Below are positions 48,339-56,771 of a stretch of 64,000 nucleotides of DNA, in pieces (position 1 is the stretch's first letter; every line of letters begins with the position of its first letter). Location of the stretch: positions 32,001 through 96,000 of the forward strand of contig JAITVV010000007.1 of NCBI GenBank assembly GCA_031285625.1, written 5' to 3'. The notes under the pieces were generated by a model. That model was not told where the DNA came from and did not search any database. It saw nothing but the letters and a program-made list of their open reading frames with translations. This DNA comes from Prevotella sp. (GTDB taxonomy: Bacteria; Bacteroidota; Bacteroidia; Bacteroidales; Dysgonomonadaceae). The position numbers were made by a program, and so were the translations under genes.

Positions 48339-48808
48339 AAATAAATAGCACTGAAATAAAAAATCTTGAACCGCTTAAAACATTAGCAATTTCACACATT
48401 GGAGATTATGCTGGTATCTGTGGAGCATTTGAAAAATTAGCCGCATGGGCAGAGGCCAATAACCTTTGGGCGGCTGCACCTAAAATGGCAGGTGTCTATC
48501 ACGACCATCCGGAAGATGTACCTGCTGATAAACTTCGCTCAGAGGCTTGTTTGGAAGACTTATCCGGTATTGAACCCGGAGAAGGGATGAAACACTATAA
48601 TATAAGCGGTGGTAAGTATTTTGTGATGCAAGTAGCGGTTACTATGGCGGAATATAATGAAGCTTGGAACAAAGTGTATATTATCCTCCATGAGCAAGGG
48701 TATGAGATTGATACACGAGATCATTATGAGTTATATATAAGTTGTGTTGGTGATACTCAGGATGCTGATGCCCCATGGATAGTAGAATTGCGTATTCCAG
48801 TGAAATAA
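48335..48808 (+). CDS. GyrI-like small-molecule-binding protein
   Basis: HIGDY, YHDHPEDVPADKLRSEAC, GGKY and ELRIPVK motifs. ATGA overlap with the WYL gene. Confidence 0.88.
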   Translation: MKINSTEIKNLEPLKTLAISHIGDYAGICGAFEKLAAWAEANNLWAAAPKMAGVYHDHPEDVPADKLRSEACLEDLSGIEPGEGMKHYNISGGKYFVMQVAVTMAEYNEAWNKVYIILHEQGYEIDTRDHYELYISCVGDTQDADAPWIVELRIPVK

Positions 48809-48840
48809 ATATCTTTATAATAAAAAGGGAGATTACATAT

Positions 48841-48880
48841 AAAATAGCTGTGCCACTTATATTTAGTACAGCTATTTTTT
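48841..48880. terminator. Intrinsic terminator
   Basis: AAAATAGCTGT / ACAGCTATTTTTT inverted repeat. Confidence 0.7.
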
Positions 48881-48896
48881 ATATTAATTTTAGCAT

Positions 48897-49373
48897 ATGG
48901 AAACTGAAAAGCCATTGGTAGATAAAAATTACTTATTACAAAAATTTGAAGGTAAAGGGGGTTGGACTTATGTCGAAATACCGGAAATCCCTATGCCTAA
49001 ATCATCTTTTGGAATGCTAAAAATAAAAGGGAAAATAGATGATTATGAGTTTTCGAATGCACACCTGATGCCTTTAGGAAATGGTAATATATTTCTACCT
49101 ATCAAATCTGAAATAAGGAAGAAAATAAAAAAAGAAGCCCCAGATATAGTACATATCGTTCTGTATGAAGACAAAACATCATTGAGAGTGTCCGAAGAGC
49201 TACTTTTATGTATGGAATATGAAGATGGCATTCTGGATAAATTTGAGACTTACACCGATGGTCAGAAAAAGGCATTTATAGATTGGATTAATTCTGCCAA
49301 AACAGAACAGACCAAAGCCGACCGCATAGCTAAAGTAATAGCCATGGTACAAAATGGTGAGAAGTTTTATTAA
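48897..49373 (+). CDS. DUF1905 + YdeI/OmpD-associated protein
   Basis: GKGGWTYV, LMPLGNG...LPIKSEIRKK and WINSAKTEQTKADRI motifs. Confidence 0.85.
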   Translation: METEKPLVDKNYLLQKFEGKGGWTYVEIPEIPMPKSSFGMLKIKGKIDDYEFSNAHLMPLGNGNIFLPIKSEIRKKIKKEAPDIVHIVLYEDKTSLRVSEELLLCMEYEDGILDKFETYTDGQKKAFIDWINSAKTEQTKADRIAKVIAMVQNGEKFY

Positions 49374-49419
49374 GTATAATCGCCATAATCATCTAAAACT
49401 ACAAATAATAATAAACAAC

Positions 49420-49767
49420 ATGGAAGACAAAAAAACATCCAAATTCCTGATTATTTATCAGGATATAAATACCGAAGATACTTTTACTCAGGAACAGATA
49501 ATAGATGCCACAAAAGCACATGTAGAACATTGCAGGGAATTGGACTTTAAAGGAATCCTTTTCTTATGCGGACCGTTACTAGGCAAAGAAGAAAAAGGAA
49601 TGTTCATCCTGAACGCTCAATCTTATAAGGAGGCTGAAGAGTATGTATTACGTGATCCGCTTATTGCCCGGAAAGGTTATAATACTTACCTTATCTATGA
49701 GATACAGGAAGCCAACGCTGAAAACAACTATCTTCTGGAGTTTTATACAAATATGGAAATGCAATAA
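49420..49767 (+). CDS. YciI-like dimeric alpha/beta barrel protein
   Basis: AHVEH, LCGP, GMFILNA and DPLI motifs. Confidence 0.75.
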   Translation: MEDKKTSKFLIIYQDINTEDTFTQEQIIDATKAHVEHCRELDFKGILFLCGPLLGKEEKGMFILNAQSYKEAEEYVLRDPLIARKGYNTYLIYEIQEANAENNYLLEFYTNMEMQ

Positions 49768-49886
49768 GAAGAATATCAAGAAAGCCCTTTTTAAGCTAAA
49801 AAGAAAAACCATTTGAACCAAACAGAAAATCTCTTTGATGAAATACAACCTACCTTTGTATTAGATAAACTATCAAAGAAAAAACT

Positions 49887-50440
49887 ATGAATAAGAAAAG
49901 AATTTTAGTCATCACTGGAAGTCCCAGAAAGAATGGCAATAGTGATATCTTGGCAGAATCCTTCATTGAAGGAGCCCTACAAGCAGGACACACAGTAGAT
50001 CGCTTCGATGGTGGTCGCAAAAAGATCAGGGTGTATAGCCTGTGATAAGTGTTTCACAAAAGGAACTGCATGCGCAGTCAAAGATGATTTCAATGAAGTT
50101 GCACCTCTGATAGCACAAGCCGATATGGTTGTATTCAGTTCCCCGTTATATTACTTTTCTTTTACAGCACAGATAAAAGCAGTCATAGATAAGTTATACT
50201 CATTCAATTCGAGTCCTGAATCGCTCAATGAGAAAGAGTCTGTTTTACTTTCGTGTGGGGAAACAACAGACCTTACCGGACTTCGATGGAATGGTTAAAA
50301 CATACGAAAAAACAATCGATTTTCTGAAGTGGAATGATAGAGGACAAATACTCGTACCTGATGTTTATAACAAGGCCGAAGTAAATACCAAAGGCCAGGG
50401 CTATCTAAAGTTAGCGAAAGAATTAGGACTCAAAGCATAA
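49887..50440 (+). pseudogene. Flavodoxin-family (iron-sulfur flavoprotein-like) gene with two frameshifts
   Basis: MNKKRILVITGSPRKNGNS frame, shift near 50028 into GCIACDKC...SPLYYF, then shift at 50278-50279 into DFDGMVKTYE. -7 box TACCTTTG at 49851. Confidence 0.85.
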
Positions 50441-50442
50441 TA

Positions 50443-50480
50443 ATCTAAAGCGGAATAGTTTTCTCTAATCCGCTTTAGAT
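50443..50480. terminator. Hairpin between convergent genes
   Basis: ATCTAAAGCGGA / TCCGCTTTAGAT inverted repeat. Confidence 0.65.
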
Positions 50481-50500
50481 CTCCAAAGTATATTGAAAGT

Positions 50501-50839
50501 TTATTCAGGTACATAAATAATCTCTCCATTCTCTAACTCATAAGCAATGCCTACTTTTTTGCCTTTCTTCTGTGATGAAGACTGGTCTTGCGATGGAGTA
50601 TATTTTTCTATTTTATTTCCTTCTTTAGTAATGATTTCCATATTATCCTTTCCCGGATTCTTTACTATAGTATAATCCTCCTGAGTGAAAACCTCTGTCA
50701 TATTCATATGCATCACCATCGCTACCATCAGGGCAACAGCAAATACCATCGCCACATCGAACAGATTGACGATCACACTTAGCGGATCGGTATCTTCTTC
50801 TTTCGAGAATTTACTGATTCTTCTCTGTCTGCGTCTCAT
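50501..50839 (-). CDS. hmuV: DUF2149 protein (HmuV)
   Basis: DPLSVIVNLFDVAMVFAVAL, KNPG and GEIIYVPE motifs. Last gene of the hmu operon. Confidence 0.88.
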   Translation of the reverse strand: MRRRQRRISKFSKEEDTDPLSVIVNLFDVAMVFAVALMVAMVMHMNMTEVFTQEDYTIVKNPGKDNMEIITKEGNKIEKYTPSQDQSSSQKKGKKVGIAYELENGEIIYVPE

Positions 50840-51438
50840 AGTTGTACTTCTTTTTCAGTCAATACTCTCGATACATAATCCAGATTATTCACATCTTTAG
50901 CATACCAGCGTTGTTTAAACTGTAATGTAACCAAACCGACTGCACTGACTACAAGCCCGACTACAGTGGTTGCAAACACAACCTGCATATTGTAAGCCAT
51001 TCCCGAAATGTCACCCGTAGACAGACCTACCAAAGCCGGACTCATTGCAATCAATGTTCCGATAAGCCCAAGTACAGGTCCCATTTTAGCCAATAATTTA
51101 GACAGCGATGTATCTTTTTCGGCTTCATTCTCGAAGTTAGAGATCATGAAGTCGGAATATGCCTCGCTAGGCGTAGTGGTCAATAAATCTCTCATATATC
51201 TTGTAAAAAGGGAATTATCCTTTTCAGGTAATGAGTTTTTCAAAGACTCTATATTTGAAGGATTGAGGTTCTTTATTTTATCATTCAATTCTTTATCATT
51301 CTTTCTTTTTACCATAAACTGATTGTAAAAACTACCTATTAATAAGAGTGAACGGGCAAAGAGAAATAGCAGGATGATAATATCAGGTATAAGTAAACTA
51401 TTCGCTACCCAGAATAATACTTTTGAAATTGCTTCCAT
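50836..51438 (-). CDS. hmuU: MotA/TolQ/ExbB proton channel protein (HmuU)
   Basis: GPVLGLIGTLI and NMQVVFATTVVG motifs. Confidence 0.88.
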   Translation of the reverse strand: MEAISKVLFWVANSLLIPDIIILLFLFARSLLLIGSFYNQFMVKRKNDKELNDKIKNLNPSNIESLKNSLPEKDNSLFTRYMRDLLTTTPSEAYSDFMISNFENEAEKDTSLSKLLAKMGPVLGLIGTLIAMSPALVGLSTGDISGMAYNMQVVFATTVVGLVVSAVGLVTLQFKQRWYAKDVNNLDYVSRVLTEKEVQL

Positions 51439-51446
51439 TAATAAAT

Positions 51447-52163
51447 TTATTTAGTTGATTGTAATGATTTTCTTTTTAATTCTTTCTTTTGACGTATAAT
51501 CCATTTTATCTTATTCCATGCATAACCTATAAGGAAAGCACCAGCGAATAAGCCTAAGGATAACAACAGTGCTTTTATATTCAGAGGTTCTTCTACAGCA
51601 GCATATGTCACATTACCATTTACTGTAGTGATCAGTCCGATAATGCATACAAAAAGGCTTACCAGGAAATAAACCTCGAGCCGCAATTCTTTTTCGGGAT
51701 AGAGATATCTTACCAGATAACTCAATGCAGGTAAACCAATAAATACACCCACTGCCAGTAAATAAGATATGGTTGTAAAATCTGTCCCCGGCATAGCAAA
51801 AATAATCTGCGTAAGGATGTAGAATAGTACAGGGAACAACAGCAAGCTTGGATACCAATACAATGGTTGTACCCATCGTTTGATTTTCTTACCGAACATA
51901 TTCCTCAATGCAGCAAAACAAAAAGCAAAGCAGATAGCCGACTCAATAGTAATCAGCACTGCTGAATCCTGCATTATCTTTGTATTCTTAAGGTAATCAG
52001 CCAACTGTGTTTTGGACTGTAGTATTGCATATTGGTAACCCCAGATAACGAAGACAGCACAAATAAGACCGAATATAGCCGCTTGCCAGGGTTTCCAGAA
52101 GCTTAGCTTAATGATGCAGTTTATAATGATAAACAGCATAAGTATTTGAATAATCAGTTCCAT
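51447..52163 (-). CDS. hmuT: Multi-pass membrane protein (HmuT)
   Basis: About 7 TM helices, QSKTQ motif and synteny between hmuS and hmuU. Confidence 0.8.
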   Translation of the reverse strand: MELIIQILMLFIIINCIIKLSFWKPWQAAIFGLICAVFVIWGYQYAILQSKTQLADYLKNTKIMQDSAVLITIESAICFAFCFAALRNMFGKKIKRWVQPLYWYPSLLLFPVLFYILTQIIFAMPGTDFTTISYLLAVGVFIGLPALSYLVRYLYPEKELRLEVYFLVSLFVCIIGLITTVNGNVTYAAVEEPLNIKALLLSLGLFAGAFLIGYAWNKIKWIIRQKKELKRKSLQSTK

Positions 52164-52189
52164 AATTAATCTACCTATTTGAATAATCT

Positions 52190-52260
52190 AAAAAGTAACA
52201 AAGGTGACAAAAGTGACACTTTTTATGTATATTTTATTTGTCACCTGTTTGTTACTTTTT
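52190..52260. repeat. Palindromic element built from GTRACA subrepeats
   Basis: AAAAAGTAACAAAGGTGACAAA (52190-52211) pairs with 52237-52260, with a 2-nt bulge. Confidence 0.7.
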
Positions 52261-52311
52261 CTTATTACTTCTCTAGTATATAGATAAATAAATTCTTAAT
52301 TTATTATTCTT

Positions 52312-52420
52312 TGTCATCCTGAGGGACGAAGTATCTCTTAGCTTCTTTCCTTGACAACCAACGGTCACAGGAGCATAGCGTATGTAAATGGGTCGGGATG
52401 CTTCCTCCGTCAGCATGACA
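52312..52420. repeat. 109-bp palindromic (REP/MITE-like) element
   Basis: GC-rich ends TGTCATCCTGAGGGACGAAGTATC and GATGCTTCCTCCGTCAGCATGACA form an imperfect terminal inverted repeat. Confidence 0.75.
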
Positions 52421-52436
52421 AAAGTGTGTCAACAAT

Positions 52437-55400
52437 TTAAGAATTCGACTTACGTTTCTTTTTCAACACAACCAAAAGAATAACAAAAACTACCAGAACC
52501 ACAGCGACCACAATAATACCGTTCAGTGAGTTTTCTTCACCATTATCAGACTGTGAAATACCATCCTTTTTAAGGACTGTACCATTCTTGTTAATATCCG
52601 AAGAATCATCTGCAGTCTTCATTTTTTGAAGTTGCTGCTTGTATTCCGGTACGCTTTCAGGTGTGGTTTTCTGCGCAATAAAATCCTGCAACTTCACATT
52701 CGATCCTGCAAAACCGGAGCCGCTGGCACCAAATTCCTTAACCAGGTCGGTATGTAATTTTGCAATATCAGTCAACTGCTGATCAGATGCTTTCCACATC
52801 CCTTTCCGGGCTGTTTCGAGCATCACAGCAGTAATTTCCTGCATAGCCGCCGGATTTTGTTGTTTAAAGAAGTTTTGTACACCCAGATTATGCGAATCCT
52901 TTACATACACATCGTATAGTTGATCCCACATCTCATTATCAATCACGTCGGGCTTCATCACATTCCATGCATAGGTATTAGTTACTACCTCAGTAATCTG
53001 TGATGCGCTCGATGCTTTGCCTTTCATTACCTCTCTGATATACGCCGGATTGAAGACCGTAGAACGGGACTCCACTCCTATTGCTTCCTTTAGTTCCTGC
53101 ATCTTTACATTGTTGCGGTTACGGTAATCTGCAAAATAAGCATCCGGATCTTTTCCTGTCACATCACGAACAGCCAGGTTAAGACCTCCCATAAATTCGA
53201 ATACATGGTCTAAGCTCAATGCTCCCCATGTATTACTTTGGCGAGGCTGAACCACTACATCCGTATTATGGAGAACAGCACGCAACAGGCCTGCTTTGTA
53301 TTCTCCCCAGTCTTTGTCACTACCATAGACTGCACCCATATTACTAATATAAGTATCAGCTATCTCTTTCTCATTTTCCCATTTATCTCCACTTTTCACC
53401 ATTTCCTGAATACCTGTTCCATACATACCGTTTACTCCTCCGAATACACGCTGCGTAGACATCTCGCGTGCATTTTTAGGTGGTATACCTTGTTCTACAA
53501 GTTGGTGCTCGATTTCGGTGGCGCTTGATGCAACAAAATTTCCAAGTTTATCATCTTTAGCCGATGCTGCCATTTCTACAGCCCGGGTGATCAATGACAA
53601 ACGGGATGCTGCCAGATCACGGAACTGCCCTGAAGTTTGTACAACAACATCAATACGCGGACGACCTAATGTTTCGGATGAAATAAGTTGTATATCGGAT
53701 ACACGGCCAAAGGCATCACGCACCGGTTCTACCCCAAGCATATAAAGTACCTGTGCAATAGTAGTCCCTTCACTCTCGATAAACTCACTACTCCAGAAAG
53801 TATAACTCACCTTTTTAGGATATTCGCCATGTTGTTTTTTATATTGTTCCAATGTTGCATTCACCAAAGATACCCCTTTATCCCAGGCCACTTCCGAAGG
53901 TGTAGCTTCTGCATTAATAGAGTACAAATTACGTCCTGTAGGTACGGCATTGGGATTAGCAACAGCATCGCCACCTGATGACGGTGCAATATATCCTCCT
54001 GCAAGGGCATCCAATACAGATTTAATCTCCAGTTCAGGGCTTTGTTGCAAAGCATTCTTATAATTCGTAATGTTATTAATAGTACGCTCTACCTCTGTAA
54101 TGGCACGTGCACGGTCTTTTTGTTCTTTGGTATATTCCGGCATCTGCGGTTTACCACCCATTGGTTTTTGTTGACCCGCTTTGGTAGAATCCATACCATG
54201 CGGATGCTGAGGCTTTTCTGCCTTATCCGCTCCGGAAGGATGGCCTCCTTTAGTTTCAGCCGGCCTGGTTCCTATTTTAGGAATCCATGAAGGATGACCT
54301 CCTGATTTACTACCTGGCTTGCTTCCCGAATTTGCACTTTGCATCATTGCCATCATTGCAGCCATTCCATTACGTGGAGTAAGTATCTTTTTAGCTTCAG
54401 CCAGATCTTTAGTAGCAATTCCTGCAACATTACAGATTAATGCGCTGTCTACAGTTCTTCCATTCAATACCTGGTTTACTAACGACTTGGCAGGCTCTAA
54501 ATAGCGTTGGGTAAAGAATACTTTATTCTTCAATTGTTTATCGGTAACCTTACCCCTTTGCTTATCCAAAGCTGCGAGGCTATACGCTATAGGATCGGCA
54601 CTCATGGCCAGTACCGATGTCTTTATCTTTTCGGTTTCGTAAGGTACTCCTGTAGTATAAAGTTGACCTGTCATTTTCTCATTGGCAATTTCCTCTGCGA
54701 AGTTTTCAATGCGTTCAATTTCTTCTGTCGAATATGGATTAGCCAGAACACTATCCAGACGAAGTTCACGGTGCAGCCCTATCTCTATGGCGATTTTCTT
54801 TACGGCTAAAGAAGCTTTTGGCTGAGCGACTTCATCCGTTTTATAATAACCACGTATCTTATCCTGCAGAGCCTTAAACTGAGAACGGGTCTCGCTTTCC
54901 ATAAACGGAGGAGTAAGATAGGATATAGTTGTAGCATACGAACGGCGCTTAGCCATCATGCTTTCACCTATATTTCCGATTGTATAATAATAGAAATGAG
55001 GTATTGTACCTACCAGACGATCAGGCCAGTCGTTACTGCTCAGAGCCACTTGCTTCCGGGGAGTGAATTCGAGACTTCCATGTGTACCGAAATGCAACAT
55101 GGCATCCGCTTTAAATGCATATTGCGACCAGAGATAAGCACCAATATAGGTGTGTGGCGGAGCAGATTTAGCTCCGTGGACAATAGCAAAAGCATCACTA
55201 CCGAGTCCTGCCATAGGCTGAGGCAATAGAGCTATATTACCCAATTCGATACGGGCAACAGCCAAATAATATTTATCATCTTTATGTACACTCATATATC
55301 CTCCGGGCGCTTCACCATAAGTATCCACAACATCTGCATAAGATTCTTTCGAGAGGGACTGATTAATCCATGATTCGTATTCTGATTTTTCTACCAAGGC

Positions 55401-56720
55401 CGGTTTTCCGTTTTTCAGATAATCATCAAACGCTCCTTCGGCATAGGTACTTAATACTGCACCCTGTGTCATTAGCAGTTTTTCAAATTCCTGCTCGGTT
55501 GCAGGCAGATTGTCAACCTTATACCCTTCCGCTCTGAGTCGTTTTAATAGATTATATAATGATGGAACCGTTTCCAATCCTTGTGCAGTCAGCGTTTCCT
55601 GTCCGGCTCCTTTGAAATAGTAGATTGCAACTTTCTTATCTGCATTACTTTTTCGTTGCAACGATATAAAATTATTTATAATTTGGGTAAAGCTTTTTAG
55701 CCTGTCTGGAATTGCTTTAAACAAATAAAGTCCGTCCTTATCTACTTCCTGAGCATTGACTACATACGGATAAATAGCACCATCCAATTCGGGCATCACT
55801 ATACTTTGCGACATAAATCCACCGAACATTCCCATCGGGTCTTTCATCCAGTCTTCCTTAGTCTGCAAAATAGTTAATGGAGAAAACACAGGGATATTTC
55901 TTTGCTTAAGCCATTCTACCGCAGCATCAGCTTGTCCCATTGCCATACGTCCGTGCGCATAGTAAACTACTGCATCAGGTTGTATTTCTTTAAGAAAATT
56001 AAGACGTTTCATTGCCGAAACCACAGGATAAACGTTCATTCCTGAGTTCTGGAATGCGACAATCATACTGTCTATATTGTCCCTGTTTCCACTAAAAGGG
56101 TCATTCAATCCACCCACTATAGCTATTTTAGGGCCACCTTCTTTATAAAAGTTATTCTTTTTCAAATATTGTTCATATTCCTGAACAGTATTGAAAGACA
56201 AATCCTCATTCAGATGATAAAGTACATCCGAGGCACTCTCCACGACAGAATCTGCTGGCGCAACAAAGAATGTTTTTTTGTTTATATTCTGACGTATATA
56301 TTTTGCCAGATTTCTATAATTCTTTTTATTCCCGTTTTTCAGATAGCTTCCAATATCTTCTTTTGGTATACTATCAAGGTTGCATATATTATTATCGGGA
56401 TTAGTAGCTGCATATATATAGACAGGAGTGCCTTTATCAGCCGTCGATTGTATAATCTCACGCTCTTCGACAGATATATTTAACCCCATACCGAAAGCAA
56501 GAACGAAATCATAGTTCTTTAGTTTATCTACGTCTTCAACCGAAACAATCTCGTATTTTACGAAATTATCATCATTAGCTTTGATAATACTGGTAGTCTG
56601 AAATTGCTGAAAATTGACCAATGCAATTTTTGTAGTCGATGCCAGCTTATTCCATGTAAACCAACAGGCTCCGGCAACAATAGCAATTATAAGGATAGTT
56701 ATTAGTTTCTTTTTAGTCAT
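52437..56720 (-). CDS. hmuS: CobN/magnesium-chelatase-family protein (HmuS)
   Basis: HFGTHGSLEF, AKRRSYA, PTGRNL, RPRIDVVV and SLDHVFEFMGG motifs. N- and C-terminal TM anchors. Synteny with hmuYR and hmuTUV. Confidence 0.9.
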   Translation of the reverse strand: MTKKKLITILIIAIVAGACWFTWNKLASTTKIALVNFQQFQTTSIIKANDDNFVKYEIVSVEDVDKLKNYDFVLAFGMGLNISVEEREIIQSTADKGTPVYIYAATNPDNNICNLDSIPKEDIGSYLKNGNKKNYRNLAKYIRQNINKKTFFVAPADSVVESASDVLYHLNEDLSFNTVQEYEQYLKKNNFYKEGGPKIAIVGGLNDPFSGNRDNIDSMIVAFQNSGMNVYPVVSAMKRLNFLKEIQPDAVVYYAHGRMAMGQADAAVEWLKQRNIPVFSPLTILQTKEDWMKDPMGMFGGFMSQSIVMPELDGAIYPYVVNAQEVDKDGLYLFKAIPDRLKSFTQIINNFISLQRKSNADKKVAIYYFKGAGQETLTAQGLETVPSLYNLLKRLRAEGYKVDNLPATEQEFEKLLMTQGAVLSTYAEGAFDDYLKNGKPALVEKSEYESWINQSLSKESYADVVDTYGEAPGGYMSVHKDDKYYLAVARIELGNIALLPQPMAGLGSDAFAIVHGAKSAPPHTYIGAYLWSQYAFKADAMLHFGTHGSLEFTPRKQVALSSNDWPDRLVGTIPHFYYYTIGNIGESMMAKRRSYATTISYLTPPFMESETRSQFKALQDKIRGYYKTDEVAQPKASLAVKKIAIEIGLHRELRLDSVLANPYSTEEIERIENFAEEIANEKMTGQLYTTGVPYETEKIKTSVLAMSADPIAYSLAALDKQRGKVTDKQLKNKVFFTQRYLEPAKSLVNQVLNGRTVDSALICNVAGIATKDLAEAKKILTPRNGMAAMMAMMQSANSGSKPGSKSGGHPSWIPKIGTRPAETKGGHPSGADKAEKPQHPHGMDSTKAGQQKPMGGKPQMPEYTKEQKDRARAITEVERTINNITNYKNALQQSPELEIKSVLDALAGGYIAPSSGGDAVANPNAVPTGRNLYSINAEATPSEVAWDKGVSLVNATLEQYKKQHGEYPKKVSYTFWSSEFIESEGTTIAQVLYMLGVEPVRDAFGRVSDIQLISSETLGRPRIDVVVQTSGQFRDLAASRLSLITRAVEMAASAKDDKLGNFVASSATEIEHQLVEQGIPPKNAREMSTQRVFGGVNGMYGTGIQEMVKSGDKWENEKEIADTYISNMGAVYGSDKDWGEYKAGLLRAVLHNTDVVVQPRQSNTWGALSLDHVFEFMGGLNLAVRDVTGKDPDAYFADYRNRNNVKMQELKEAIGVESRSTVFNPAYIREVMKGKASSASQITEVVTNTYAWNVMKPDVIDNEMWDQLYDVYVKDSHNLGVQNFFKQQNPAAMQEITAVMLETARKGMWKASDQQLTDIAKLHTDLVKEFGASGSGFAGSNVKLQDFIAQKTTPESVPEYKQQLQKMKTADDSSDINKNGTVLKKDGISQSDNGEENSLNGIIVVAVVLVVFVILLVVLKKKRKSNS

Positions 56721-56771
56721 TGTCTCATCACAATTATATATTTGAATATTTATATTTTCACACCTTATCAA

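Noticed and set aside
52190-52420. CRISPR array or cobalamin riboswitch near the CobN-like gene
   Set aside because: No repeat-spacer periodicity, no cas genes and no recognisable B12-box. The region is downstream of hmuS, not in a leader.
52437-56720. Cobalamin biosynthesis cobaltochelatase cobN
   Set aside because: Membrane anchors and hmuY-hmuR-T-U-V synteny indicate HmuS. No cob/cbi genes are nearby.
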